A stretch of 64,000 bases of DNA from Nitrospiria bacterium (GTDB taxonomy: Bacteria; Nitrospirota; Nitrospiria; DASWJH01). The notes beneath the pieces were generated by a model that was not told where the DNA came from, searched no databases, and saw nothing but the letters and a program-made list of their open reading frames with translations. The stretch lies in contig DASWJH010000046.1 in the NCBI GenBank assembly GCA_036397255.1, positions 5,020 through 69,019 of the forward strand, in the 5' to 3' direction. The position numbers and the translations under genes are program-made. Shown here piece after piece: positions 35,234 to 46,953 of this stretch (its first letter is position 1; each line of letters starts with the position of its first letter).

Positions 35234-37033
35234 TTGCCAAAACTGGGGTTTCGGAATTTTTCCATCATTGCACATATCGACCATGGGAAATCCACTCTGG
35301 CGGATAGACTCCTTGAGTTTACTGGGGCCCTTGAAACCAGGGAAAAACGGGAACAGGTTTTGGATGATATGGACCTGGAAAGAGAAAGAGGGATTACCAT
35401 TAAAGCCCATGCAGTTCGTCTACGGTATACGGACCTTAAAGGGGAAAAATTTATTTTTAATTTAATTGATACTCCGGGCCACGTGGATTTCACCTATGAA
35501 GTTTCCCGAAGCCTTGCCGCCTGTGAAGGAGCCCTTTTGATAGTGGATGCAACCCAAGGAGTAGAAGCCCAAACCATTGCAAATACCTATTTGGCCATTG
35601 AAAATAACCTTACTATCATTCCGGTTATTAATAAAATTGATTTGCCCAGTGCCGATGTAGACCGGGTCAAACATCAAATTCAGGAAATTTTAGGTTTGGA
35701 TGTTGAGGAGATCCTCTTGGTCAGTGCCAAAGAAGGTAAAGGAATTCGGGAAATTCTTGAAGCCATTGTAACTCGAATTCCTCCTCCGTCTACCCAAGCG
35801 GATCAGCCCTTAAAAGCCCTCATTTTTGATTCATGGTTTGATAATTACCAAGGAACGGTGGTTTTGGTCAGAATACTGGATGGAGAGATTTTTCCAGGAC
35901 AAAAAATTCGCTTAATGTCCGTAAAAAGAGATTATGAGGTAATTTCGGTAGGCGTCTTTACACCCAAGAGGGAAACCGTTTTAAGATTATCTGCCGGGGA
36001 GGTAGGGTATATTATTGCGGGAATCAAACGGGTGGAGGATACGAAAATTGGAGATACCATTACCGATGCCCTTAACCCGACCACCCACCCCTTTCCCGGA
36101 TATAAAGAAATTAAACCCATGGTTTTTTGTGGTGTTTTTACCATAGAAAGTGGGCAGTTCAACGAGCTCCGGGAAGCTCTGGAGAAACTACGACTCAATG
36201 ATTCCTCATTTACCTATGAGCCTGAAACTTCTTTGGCCTTGGGTTTTGGGTTTCGATGCGGATTTTTGGGCCTTCTTCACAAGGAGATTATTCAGGAAAG
36301 GTTGGAACGCGAATATCACCTCTCTTTGATCAGTACCGCCCCAACGGTGGTCTATCGAGTCACCAATCAGAAAAATGAAGTGATTGAAGTGGATAATCCT
36401 TCAAAATTACCAGAGCCGCAATCCATTTTAAGGATGGAAGAGCCTTTTATACTGGCAACGTTAATCACCCCGGAACAATTCCTTGGCCCTCTCTTGAAAA
36501 TTTGCCAGAACAGAAGAGGGATTCAACGAGACCTAAAATACCTGGATCAGGAAAGGGTCATGGTGGTTTATGAACTTCCCTTAAATGAGGTCATTTTAGA
36601 TTTTTTTGATCGGTTGAAATCCCTGAGCAAAGGTTATGCCTCTTTGGATTACGAATGGCTCGGTTACCGGGAGGGGAAATTGGTAAAGGTTGATATATTA
36701 TTGAATGGAGAAACATTGGATTCTTTATCCTTTATTGTGGATAAAGAAAAGGCCTATCACCGGGCCCGTCAAATGGTTGAAAAAATGAGGGAAGTCATTC
36801 CCAGACAGTTGTTTGAGGTAGTGATTCAAGCCTCCATAGGGAGCCGAATCATTGCACGAGAAAATGTGAAAGCTCTCAAGAAAAATGTAACCGCTAAATG
36901 CTATGGTGGAGACATTACCCGAAAAAGAAAATTGTGGGAAAAACAAAAAGAAGGAAAAAAAAGGATGAAACAAGTGGGTCGGGTGGAAATTCCGCAGGAG
37001 GCATTTCTGGCGGTTTTAAAAGTAAAGGATTAA
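35234..37033 (+). CDS. lepA: Elongation factor 4 (LepA)
   Basis: [19 protein letters not shown]-domain, DTPGHVDF and the LepA-specific C-terminal domain are present. The start codon is TTG. Confidence 0.9.
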   Translation: MPKLGFRNFSIIAHIDHGKSTLADRLLEFTGALETREKREQVLDDMDLERERGITIKAHAVRLRYTDLKGEKFIFNLIDTPGHVDFTYEVSRSLAACEGALLIVDATQGVEAQTIANTYLAIENNLTIIPVINKIDLPSADVDRVKHQIQEILGLDVEEILLVSAKEGKGIREILEAIVTRIPPPSTQADQPLKALIFDSWFDNYQGTVVLVRILDGEIFPGQKIRLMSVKRDYEVISVGVFTPKRETVLRLSAGEVGYIIAGIKRVEDTKIGDTITDALNPTTHPFPGYKEIKPMVFCGVFTIESGQFNELREALEKLRLNDSSFTYEPETSLALGFGFRCGFLGLLHKEIIQERLEREYHLSLISTAPTVVYRVTNQKNEVIEVDNPSKLPEPQSILRMEEPFILATLITPEQFLGPLLKICQNRRGIQRDLKYLDQERVMVVYELPLNEVILDFFDRLKSLSKGYASLDYEWLGYREGKLVKVDILLNGETLDSLSFIVDKEKAYHRARQMVEKMREVIPRQLFEVVIQASIGSRIIARENVKALKKNVTAKCYGGDITRKRKLWEKQKEGKKRMKQVGRVEIPQEAFLAVLKVKD

Positions 37034-37035
37034 AC

Positions 37036-37659
37036 GTGGAAGAAGCAGAGGGAAGAAAAAAATCAGTACTAAGGGAATATGCAGAAGCCATCATTATTGC
37101 CATCATATTGGCCTTATTGATTCGAACATTCATTGTTCAAGCTTTTAAAATTCCTTCAGGGTCCATGATCCCTACACTCTTGGTGGGAGATCACATATTG
37201 GTCTGGAAAATTATTTACGGGATAAAAATTCCTTTTACCGATCAATATTTGATTGAATTTGGGGATCCCAAAAAAGGGGACATAATTGTTTTTAAATTTC
37301 CCAAGGATGAAGAAAAGGATTTTATCAAAAGGGTGATCGGGGAACCAGGGGATACCATTGAAGTTAGGGATAAAGAAGTTTTTTTAAATGGGAAACCTTT
37401 AGAAGAACCCTATGCCATTCATCAGGAATCCCACATTTTGCCGAGAGAATTTCAACCTCGTGATAATTACGGACCCATTGAGGTTCCTCCCTCTTCTTAT
37501 TTTGTGATGGGTGACAATCGAGACCATAGTTTGGATAGTCGTTTCTGGGGTTTTGTGGACCACAACAAAATTAAAGGAAGGGCTTTTATCATCTATTTTT
37601 CCTGGAACGGGGAAGATAGCTGGATCCGATGGGATCGCCTTTTTAGTCTTGTTTCTTAA
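37036..37659 (+). CDS. lepB: Signal peptidase I
   Basis: The GTG start at 37036 sits right after the lepA stop. Motifs SGSMIPTL (catalytic Ser), KRVIGEPGD and GDNRDHSLDSR are present. The 5' part of the ORF-table entry lies inside lepA in another frame. Confidence 0.85.
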   Translation: MEEAEGRKKSVLREYAEAIIIAIILALLIRTFIVQAFKIPSGSMIPTLLVGDHILVWKIIYGIKIPFTDQYLIEFGDPKKGDIIVFKFPKDEEKDFIKRVIGEPGDTIEVRDKEVFLNGKPLEEPYAIHQESHILPREFQPRDNYGPIEVPPSSYFVMGDNRDHSLDSRFWGFVDHNKIKGRAFIIYFSWNGEDSWIRWDRLFSLVS

Positions 37660-37674
37660 GGGACCTGGAAGAAC

Positions 37675-38661
37675 TTGGGAAAAGGGTTAAGAAAATTTCT
37701 GAAAGAGTTTAAGAAGGCAAGAATCCTGGTTGTAGGGGATCTCATGCTGGATCATTTTATTTGGGGGAATGTAACCCGAATTTCCCCAGAGGCTCCCGTG
37801 CCGGTGGTCAATGTGACATCGGAAACCCATTTGTTAGGAGGGGCCGCCAATGTATACCATAATATATTGACCTTAGGAGGGCGGGTTAAGGTTTGCGGAG
37901 TGACGGGACAGGATGAATCCGGAAAAAATCTTCTTTCGATCATTCAAAACCAAGGAGGGAGTACGGAGGGAATCGTTCAATTACCCGGATATCCGACCAT
38001 CCAAAAGACCCGAATTATTGCCCATAGTCAACAGGTGGTCCGCTTTGACCATGAAAAATCTGATTCTTTTTCCCAATCCACGATTGATGCCCTTTTGCTA
38101 ACTGTTGAAAGAGAGTTAAAACAAACGGATTGTTTGGTCCTTTCCGATTATGCAAAGGGGGTTATTAATCCTCTTTTTATGGAGGGGCTCCACCAACTGC
38201 TTCAGCAATATCCCATCAAGGTGGTTGTGGATCCAAAGGTCAGTCATATGTTCCTATTTCGAAATACCACCATAATTACCCCAAACCATTTGGAGGCCTC
38301 CCAGGCAGCGGGGATTGAATTGAAAGGAACCGAGGATTTGATTAAAGCTGGTCAGTCTTTATTGGATAGATTAAAATGCCAGGCAGTGCTCATTACGAGG
38401 GGGGATCGGGGAATGAGTTTGTTTGAACCGGGGGGAAAAATAAATCATATACCCACAGTGGCAAAGGAAGTGTATGATGTCACAGGAGCAGGAGATACGG
38501 TGGTATCAGTTTTGGCTCTGTCTCTGGCCGCAGGGGCTTCCTTTACGGAAGCCGCATTGCTTTCAAACTATGCTGCGAGCATTGTGGTTGGAACAGTTGG
38601 TACCGCAACAGTAAAACCAGAACAATTGGATCAAATCCTTCAACAATCAGAAGAAAATTGA
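37675..38661 (+). CDS. hldE: D-glycero-beta-D-manno-heptose-7-phosphate kinase (RfaE domain I, PfkB family)
   Basis: Motifs LVVGDLMLDHFIWGNVTRISPEAPVPVV and the C-terminal DVTGAGDT are present. Confidence 0.8.
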   Translation: MGKGLRKFLKEFKKARILVVGDLMLDHFIWGNVTRISPEAPVPVVNVTSETHLLGGAANVYHNILTLGGRVKVCGVTGQDESGKNLLSIIQNQGGSTEGIVQLPGYPTIQKTRIIAHSQQVVRFDHEKSDSFSQSTIDALLLTVERELKQTDCLVLSDYAKGVINPLFMEGLHQLLQQYPIKVVVDPKVSHMFLFRNTTIITPNHLEASQAAGIELKGTEDLIKAGQSLLDRLKCQAVLITRGDRGMSLFEPGGKINHIPTVAKEVYDVTGAGDTVVSVLALSLAAGASFTEAALLSNYAASIVVGTVGTATVKPEQLDQILQQSEEN

Positions 38662-39434
38662 AAGTTGCCATTGTTATTCCGGCACGGCTAAAATCCACCC
38701 GTTTACCGGCTAAAATGTTGGTTGAAATAAACGGGAAAGCGTTGATCAGCCATGTTTATGAAAGGGCGAGTAAAGCTCCCAAGGTGGATCGTGTATTGGT
38801 GGCAACCGATAGTTCTGAAATTTTTAAACATATTAAAAAAGAAGGGGGGGAGGTCTACATGACTTCCACCAAACATCCGTCCGGAACCGACCGAATTGCT
38901 GAAGTGGTGGAAAGGGAAATTCGGGCAGACGTGATTGTTAATGTGCAGGGCGATCTTTTAATGGACAGTCCAAAAATGATTGAAGATGCCCTAAGCCCCT
39001 TTTTATCTCCACAGGGAAACCCCGTGATGACCACTCTTAAAAAATCGATTGTGTCCCATGAAGAACTCAATAGTCCTCATGTGGTCAAGGTGGTGACGGA
39101 TGCGAAAGGGCGAGCCCTCTATTTCTCCAGATCTCGGATTCCCTTTCTTCGGGATACCGCTTCAGGAGAGGAATTCCCCCCCAATCTATATTTTAAACAT
39201 TATGGCCTCTATGCTTACCAAAAGGATTTTCTTTTAACTTTTGTTAAACTACCACTTGGGAAACTGGAAATTTCAGAAAAATTGGAACAACTCCGAGCGT
39301 TAGAAAATGGTTATCCGATTGATGTGGTAGAGACCCAAACCGAAGGTTGGGAAATTGATACCCAAGATGATTTAGAACGGGTCCGGAAACTTTGGTGTGG
39401 AAAAAATTTTAAAACCAATGTGGAAAATCAATGA
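38658..39434 (+). CDS. kdsB: 3-deoxy-manno-octulosonate cytidylyltransferase (CMP-KDO synthetase)
   Basis: N-terminus KVAIVIPARLKSTRLPAKML. The TTG start overlaps the hldE stop. Confidence 0.85.
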   Translation: MKVAIVIPARLKSTRLPAKMLVEINGKALISHVYERASKAPKVDRVLVATDSSEIFKHIKKEGGEVYMTSTKHPSGTDRIAEVVEREIRADVIVNVQGDLLMDSPKMIEDALSPFLSPQGNPVMTTLKKSIVSHEELNSPHVVKVVTDAKGRALYFSRSRIPFLRDTASGEEFPPNLYFKHYGLYAYQKDFLLTFVKLPLGKLEISEKLEQLRALENGYPIDVVETQTEGWEIDTQDDLERVRKLWCGKNFKTNVENQ

Positions 39435-39462
39435 AACAGGTTCACTTTACAAAAAAAAATGA

Positions 39463-41076
<1,614 letters not shown>

Positions 41077-41079
41077 CCC

Positions 41080-41913
41080 ATGAATGCTCAGGGCAGATCA
41101 AAAAAAAATATTCGGGTCGGTTCCTTTCAATTGGGCCAGGGTTCGCCTTTATTTTTAATTGCGGGTCCTTGTGTGATTGAAAATGAAACCCTGATTTTAG
41201 AAACCGCTCATCAACTCCAAGAAATTACAAAAAAAGTTGGCATGCCCCTCATTTTTAAATCCTCCTACGATAAAGCCAACCGATCTTCAATCCATTCCTT
41301 TCGCGGGCCTGGAATTTCCAAGGGGTTAGACATTTTGAATAAGGTAAAGGAAAAATACGGCCTTCCTCTTTTGTCTGATGTCCATCAAATCGAAGATATT
41401 CCCATCGCTGCGGATGTTTTGGATATCCTTCAAATTCCTGCTTTTTTATGCCGCCAAACCGATCTTTTGGTTTCCGCTGCAAAAAGTGGCAAGGTTGTGA
41501 ATGTAAAAAAAGGACAATTTCTGGCCCCATGGGACGCCAAAAATATTATTACAAAAATTGAAGAGGCTGGGAGTCAGAAAATTCTTTTGACGGAAAGAGG
41601 GAGTAGTTTTGGATACAATAACCTGGTGGCGGATATGCGATCCATTCCCATTTTAGGTCAATGGGGATACCCTGTTGTCTTTGATGCCACCCATAGCGTT
41701 CAATTACCAGGAGGGGGAGGAAATGTGTCCTCTGGTCAACGGGAATTTGTTCCTCATCTTGCCCGTGCTGCGGTGGCGGTTGGTTGCGATGGCCTTTTTA
41801 TGGAGGTCCATCCTGATCCCGATAAAGCCCTTAGTGATGGGCCCAATATGGTGAGGCTGAAGGACCTTCAAAATCTTTTAGAGCAGGTTTCACGCATTCG
41901 AAATTCCCTTTAA
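41080..41913 (+). CDS. kdsA: 2-dehydro-3-deoxyphosphooctonate aldolase (KDO-8-P synthase)
   Basis: DAHP/KDO8P synthase fold. Motifs FLIAGPCVIEN...FKSSYDKANRSS are present. Confidence 0.85.
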   Translation: MNAQGRSKKNIRVGSFQLGQGSPLFLIAGPCVIENETLILETAHQLQEITKKVGMPLIFKSSYDKANRSSIHSFRGPGISKGLDILNKVKEKYGLPLLSDVHQIEDIPIAADVLDILQIPAFLCRQTDLLVSAAKSGKVVNVKKGQFLAPWDAKNIITKIEEAGSQKILLTERGSSFGYNNLVADMRSIPILGQWGYPVVFDATHSVQLPGGGGNVSSGQREFVPHLARAAVAVGCDGLFMEVHPDPDKALSDGPNMVRLKDLQNLLEQVSRIRNSL

Positions 41914-41964
41914 ACGTTAAAGAATCGAAGGGTAGACATCCTTTTATATTAATCTTTAAAAAAA

Positions 41965-42945
41965 ATGATGAATTCGGAAGATTTAATAAGACAGGCCCAA
42001 CGGGTGTTGGAAATAGAAGCACAAGCTATTTCCGGTTTATTACCCCGACTGGGTAATGAATTTATTCAGGCAGTCAATCTTTTATATTCCTGTCAAGGAA
42101 AAGTTGTAGTCACAGGAATGGGAAAGTCAGGCCATATTGGACAAAAAATTTCTGCCACGCTGTCCAGTACAGGTACCCCAACCTTTTTCCTTCACCCCGG
42201 GGAGGGGAAACATGGGGACTTGGGAATGGTAACCCGACAGGATGTTATGATCATTATATCCAATAGCGGGGAAACCGAAGAAATCATTGATCTTCTTCCT
42301 TTTTTTAAGCGTTTAAATGTCTCGTTAATTTCATTAACAGGGAAACCTCAATCAACCATTGGAAAGGTGAGCCAGGTAGTAATTGATGTGAGCGTGAAGG
42401 AAGAAGCCTGTCCCCTTCAATTAGCTCCTACTGCCAGTACGACCGCAACCTTAGCCATGGGAGATGCCTTGGCTATCGTCCTTCTTCAGAAACGAGGGTT
42501 CAAAGAACAGGACTTTGCCCTGTTTCATCCTGGTGGAATTTTGGGAAGACGTCTTCTGTTAAAAGTAGAAGATGTAATGCATACGGGAGAACAAATTCCA
42601 AGGGTTTTTGAGAATGCGCCAATGAAGGATGCTTTAATGGAAATTACATCAAAAAAACTTGGGGTTACCACAGTAACCAGTCCTTCAGGAGAGTTTAAGG
42701 GAATTATCACCGATGGTGATCTTCGGAGATGGCTGGAGCGGATTGATCACGGCCAGGAATTATTCAACCAGAAGGCAAAAGATATTATGACCCAAAATCC
42801 AAAAACCATTGACCGCGATGCCTTAGCGGCTCAAGCGGTTCTTCTTATGGAAAAATTTTCCATTACCTCCTTAATCATTGTGGTGGGGGGGAAAGCTTTA
42901 GGGATTGTTCATCTCCATGATTTATTAAAAAGAGGAGTTGTTTGA
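41965..42945 (+). CDS. kdsD: Arabinose-5-phosphate isomerase (SIS + CBS pair), KdsD/GutQ family
   Basis: SIS motif VVVTGMGKSGHIGQKISATLSSTGTP and C-terminal CBS domains. Confidence 0.85.
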   Translation: MMNSEDLIRQAQRVLEIEAQAISGLLPRLGNEFIQAVNLLYSCQGKVVVTGMGKSGHIGQKISATLSSTGTPTFFLHPGEGKHGDLGMVTRQDVMIIISNSGETEEIIDLLPFFKRLNVSLISLTGKPQSTIGKVSQVVIDVSVKEEACPLQLAPTASTTATLAMGDALAIVLLQKRGFKEQDFALFHPGGILGRRLLLKVEDVMHTGEQIPRVFENAPMKDALMEITSKKLGVTTVTSPSGEFKGIITDGDLRRWLERIDHGQELFNQKAKDIMTQNPKTIDRDALAAQAVLLMEKFSITSLIIVVGGKALGIVHLHDLLKRGVV

Positions 42946-43472
42946 GTTTTAAATTCAACGATAAAAAAGGGGTTGGGTTCAAAAAACGGCTTCGAAAAAT
43001 CCGTTATCTTTTATTGGATGTTGATGGGGTGTTAACCGACGGAAAAATTTATCTGGATGAGCAGGGAAAAGAGTTTAAGGTTTTTAATATTTATGATGGT
43101 CATGGCGTTTCTATGTTAAAAAAAAACGGTTTTGGAGTGGGATTGCTTTCCGGAAGAAAATCCAAGGCGGTTGGGGTTCGTTCCAAAGAGCTTGGCATTT
43201 CTGAGGTATACCAAGGGATTTCCAATAAACTAAAATGTTATCAAGGCTTTCTTCGAAAGCATAAATTGGAGGATGAACAGGTTGCCTATATGGGTGACGA
43301 TTTAATTGACATCCCCATCATGAAGCTAGTGGGGTTTTCTGTTTCAGTTCCCAATGCAGTCAAAGAGGTAAAAGTCTTTGCTCATTATATTACCCAAAAG
43401 CGAGGAGGGGAGGGCGCGGTCCGGGAAATTGCTGATTTGCTGTTAAAAAAACATGGAAAATGGAAACATTGA
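42942..43472 (+). CDS. kdsC: KDO 8-phosphate phosphatase (HAD superfamily)
   Basis: Motifs LLLDVDGVLTDGKIY and YMGDDLIDIP are present. Confidence 0.85.
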   Translation: MSFKFNDKKGVGFKKRLRKIRYLLLDVDGVLTDGKIYLDEQGKEFKVFNIYDGHGVSMLKKNGFGVGLLSGRKSKAVGVRSKELGISEVYQGISNKLKCYQGFLRKHKLEDEQVAYMGDDLIDIPIMKLVGFSVSVPNAVKEVKVFAHYITQKRGGEGAVREIADLLLKKHGKWKH

Positions 43473-43655
43473 CCGGTTTTCGGTTTACCGTCCACTTCTT
43501 ATGTTTTATTTATAAAGGAAAGCGGAAAAATAGAATTTTTAAAATTACCTTAAAAAAGGAACACTTCCCTTTTTTTAAAGGAGGCCGCCAAAGGTTAATA
43601 TGGGCATGATCCTTATAGGTTTTTTTTCCTTTTCCGCGAAGAACAAAAAAAAACA

Positions 43656-44210
43656 ATGGTCCTAAACCTCCCCAATTTTCTCTCCTTCTTTCGGATTCTT
43701 CTCATTCCCTTTTTTATCCAGATTTATCAGACCCCCTTCCAGGGGCACTTTCAACTTGCCGCACTAATTTTTATCGGGGCCTCCTTCACTGATCTTTTGG
43801 ATGGTTTTTTAGCTCGACGGAGAGGCCAAGTCACCTCTTTGGGAAAACTACTTGACCCGGTTGCTGATAAACTTTTAATTGTTTCCGCTCTGATTATTTT
43901 AGTTTCGGGGGATCGGGTTTCGGTTTGGTTGGCCATCCTTCTAGTCGGTCGCGAGTTTGCCGTAATGGGTTTAAGGTCAATTGCCCTTACCGAAGGGATT
44001 TTTATTTCCGTTGAAAACACGGGAAAATATAAAATGGTTCTCCAAACCTTTGGAATTTTTTTCCTCATTCTGGATCGTTCAATACCCTGGATGGAGGTTG
44101 CCCTAATTGGAAATATTTTGCTGTGGGCTGCCGCTATTTTAGCCTTAATATCGGGGGCACAATATTTTTATCGTTATTGGAAAGAGATGAGGATGAAAAA
44201 TTTGAGCTAA
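43656..44210 (+). CDS. pgsA: CDP-alcohol phosphatidyltransferase (phosphatidylglycerophosphate synthase-like)
   Basis: Motif D..DG..AR......G...D...DK. Confidence 0.8.
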   Translation: MVLNLPNFLSFFRILLIPFFIQIYQTPFQGHFQLAALIFIGASFTDLLDGFLARRRGQVTSLGKLLDPVADKLLIVSALIILVSGDRVSVWLAILLVGREFAVMGLRSIALTEGIFISVENTGKYKMVLQTFGIFFLILDRSIPWMEVALIGNILLWAAAILALISGAQYFYRYWKEMRMKNLS

Positions 44211-44233
44211 AGGTATTGGGGTGAATAAAAAAA

Positions 44234-44836
44234 ATGGATTCTATTTTAAATGGATTAATGGTTATCTTCTCATATGGAATTGGGAATATTCCATTCGGTT
44301 TATGGGTGACCCGGAGGCAAGGGGATAATTCCCTAGAGACCAGCGGGAGTGGAAATATTGGTGCGACCAATGTCTTGAGGGTTTTCGGAAAAAAAGCGGC
44401 ATTGTTAACGTTATTAGGTGATATTGGAAAAGGGGTTCTTGCTGTTGTTTTAACGAGGTATATAACGGGTCAACTGGAATGGGAGGTGGCCTCTGGACTG
44501 GGCGTGGTTCTTGGGCATGTCTACCCCGTTTTTCGAAAAGGAAAACGAGGGGGGAAAGGCGTTGCAACAGGTTTTGGTGTTTTGATGGTTTTAAATTTCC
44601 GAGTTGGGTTCCTAACGTTTCTCATTTGGGGTTTAACTGTAGGCATCTGGCGTTACTCCTCTTTAGGCGCCATAGTTTCATTTGCTTTCTTTCCAGTGAT
44701 TGTCATCTTGATCTATCCTTCCCAACCCTTAATCTATTTTTCCATTTTTTTATTCCTTATCATCCTGAATCGTCATTGGGGAAACGTACAGCGGTTGGCG
44801 TCAGGAAAGGAGCCCAAGCTGGGGTCTTCAAAGTGA
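44234..44836 (+). CDS. plsY: Glycerol-3-phosphate acyltransferase PlsY
   Basis: Motif GSGNIGATNVLRV.G and multiple TM helices. Confidence 0.85.
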   Translation: MDSILNGLMVIFSYGIGNIPFGLWVTRRQGDNSLETSGSGNIGATNVLRVFGKKAALLTLLGDIGKGVLAVVLTRYITGQLEWEVASGLGVVLGHVYPVFRKGKRGGKGVATGFGVLMVLNFRVGFLTFLIWGLTVGIWRYSSLGAIVSFAFFPVIVILIYPSQPLIYFSIFLFLIILNRHWGNVQRLASGKEPKLGSSK

Positions 44837-44983
44837 TTGAGGGATTCCGGGGAGATGGGAATCGTTTTCGGTCTAAACCGTGAATTTTTTTAAAACATTG
44901 TGTTTTTTGATTAAATTGCCCGATCTGGGGTTCAATGCTATATTTACATAAATATAAGTTTTTCCTAACTTTTAACCTTTCCT

Positions 44984-46924
44984 ATGGGAAAATATCTATC
45001 AGTTATTCTAATCGTTTTAATTTACCTTGTACCTGTCTCCCTTCAGGCAGAAGAAATTTCTGATGAAGGGGGGGAACAACCAGAAATAACCTCTAAGGTA
45101 TCCTCCAACCCCCCTCCACTAAATAGTAACTTAAATAGCCTTTATTTTTCGGGTCTTCTACTCCCCCCTAAAATTAATATTTTGTTAGAAATGCGCCAGG
45201 ACCTCCTTTCCCAGGGGGACCAACAAGGAAGTAATGCCATTCTTCTCATTATTCAGATCCTAAAAGAAAGAGAAGGGATTCAAAACCTAAAACACCTTTC
45301 CCAAATCCTCCTATGGGAAGCCACAGAGGCATTTCAGAAGGGAGACCCGCTTCAAGGCAATGCTTTAATTGTGGCGGCATTGAAAATTTCACCTGATTTT
45401 CCTCCTGTTTACACCTATATTTCCCGGAAAGGATGGTCTGTTCAACCTTGGAATATTTTTGAAAATATTTCCAATTCACTAAAAGCCTTAAAAATGAACT
45501 TCAATGATTTTTGGTATTTTTTAAGTTTTATACGGGTTTTATTGGCAGCTTTATTAATCAGTTTTCTTCTATTTAACACCATTTTTATTTTACTAATTCT
45601 TTTGAGATCCTTTCCAAGTTTAGTTCATACATCTTGGGAATGGAGTGGGAAAAAAATTTCGGTTTTTAACCAATGGGGGTTGGTCCTATTACTATTCCTT
45701 TTTCCACTTTTTTGGGATTTACCCTTCTTCTGGATTCTCCTTTTTTGGATGAGTATAGCCTGGTTTTTTTCAAGCCGCGCAGAGAAAACAGTCATGGTCT
45801 CAGGGGGAGTCATTTTACTGATCTTTTTATATACAGGACCTATTTGGGGGGTTTTTTATACTGCCGAGGAGGATCACACCCTTCAAGTAATGGCAGATTC
45901 TGTAAAGGGTGAATGGATTTCTAAAGAACGGATTATGGAAGATTCACTTGAGCAAGCCCCATGGCACATGCAATTTACCGCTGCAACCATTAAAAAAAGG
46001 GAGGGAGCCTGCGATGAGGCCGTTTCTATGTATCAACAACTGCTTAGGAAAACCCCCAGGAAAGAGAAACCTTTAATTTTAAATAATTTAGGGAATTGTT
46101 TCTTTTATCAAAGGCAATTTGAGAATGCAATCCGGACTTACCAGAGTTCTATTCAGGAATTTCCTTCTTTTGTTGCACCCTATTATAATTTGAGTCAAAC
46201 CTATCGGGAGAAACTGGATTTTGATAAAGGAGAAAAAATCTATCAAAAAGCCCTTGAGCAAAATGAGGAAAAGGTTTCTCACTTTTCATTTTTAAGTACC
46301 CTCGGCAACCAATATCAAGTCATTGATCAAACCTTTGGGTTGGATGAAATCTGGAAGCAGGTTTTAGTTCAACGGGAGGGGGGTATTTCAAAAAAGGTAT
46401 GGAGAATATTGGTGGGGGAGCACCCCCAAATTCAAGTGATCTATATTCTTTTAGGTTGGTTTAGCCTGCTGATGTTTTGGGTATACAAAGGACCCCAAAT
46501 GAGAATAACCAAAAATTGCCAATTCTGCTCAAAGACCATTTGTAAAAAATGCCAACGTCATTTAATGGACCACACGGCATGCCTTACATGCTGGAGTGAA
46601 TTAAAAGGAAAACCCGTTACTTTTTTTGCTAAAAACCACAAAAAAGGGGTTAGTGAAGGTATTGGGATTCCACTTATTTTAGGTGGACTGCTTCTCCCCG
46701 GAAGTACTCCGATTTTAATTCATAAATCCATAAAAGGGGCTATTTGGTTAATACTTTTTTTATTTTTCCTGGCTTTTTTCCTTCTTAAACAAACAGGGAT
46801 ATTTATGGTTTCCGATGGGATAAATTTAATTCAGGGAACAGGAAGTTTAATTCCCTGGGTTTTATTTTTTGGAATAGGTGCAATGAGTTTGGTTTTAGAT
46901 CTTAAAAGGGATTTAAAAATTTAA
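44984..46924 (+). CDS. Large polytopic membrane protein with TPR-like repeats and a C4 zinc-ribbon (hypothetical)
   Basis: Signal peptide, many hydrophobic helices, TPR-like segments (NLGNCFFYQRQFENAIRTYQ...YYNLSQTYREK) and CQFCSKTICKKCQRHLMDHTACLTCW. Confidence 0.5.
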   Translation: MGKYLSVILIVLIYLVPVSLQAEEISDEGGEQPEITSKVSSNPPPLNSNLNSLYFSGLLLPPKINILLEMRQDLLSQGDQQGSNAILLIIQILKEREGIQNLKHLSQILLWEATEAFQKGDPLQGNALIVAALKISPDFPPVYTYISRKGWSVQPWNIFENISNSLKALKMNFNDFWYFLSFIRVLLAALLISFLLFNTIFILLILLRSFPSLVHTSWEWSGKKISVFNQWGLVLLLFLFPLFWDLPFFWILLFWMSIAWFFSSRAEKTVMVSGGVILLIFLYTGPIWGVFYTAEEDHTLQVMADSVKGEWISKERIMEDSLEQAPWHMQFTAATIKKREGACDEAVSMYQQLLRKTPRKEKPLILNNLGNCFFYQRQFENAIRTYQSSIQEFPSFVAPYYNLSQTYREKLDFDKGEKIYQKALEQNEEKVSHFSFLSTLGNQYQVIDQTFGLDEIWKQVLVQREGGISKKVWRILVGEHPQIQVIYILLGWFSLLMFWVYKGPQMRITKNCQFCSKTICKKCQRHLMDHTACLTCWSELKGKPVTFFAKNHKKGVSEGIGIPLILGGLLLPGSTPILIHKSIKGAIWLILFLFFLAFFLLKQTGIFMVSDGINLIQGTGSLIPWVLFFGIGAMSLVLDLKRDLKI

Positions 46925-46953
46925 CCCCTTGTTTTTCCTGGAGAATATTTAAA

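Noticed and set aside
36898-37035. A Lys-rich N-terminal extension of lepB ([22 protein letters not shown]...)
   Set aside because: It lies within the lepA 3' end. The GTG at 37036 directly after the lepA stop gives a standard signal peptidase I N-terminus with one TM helix.
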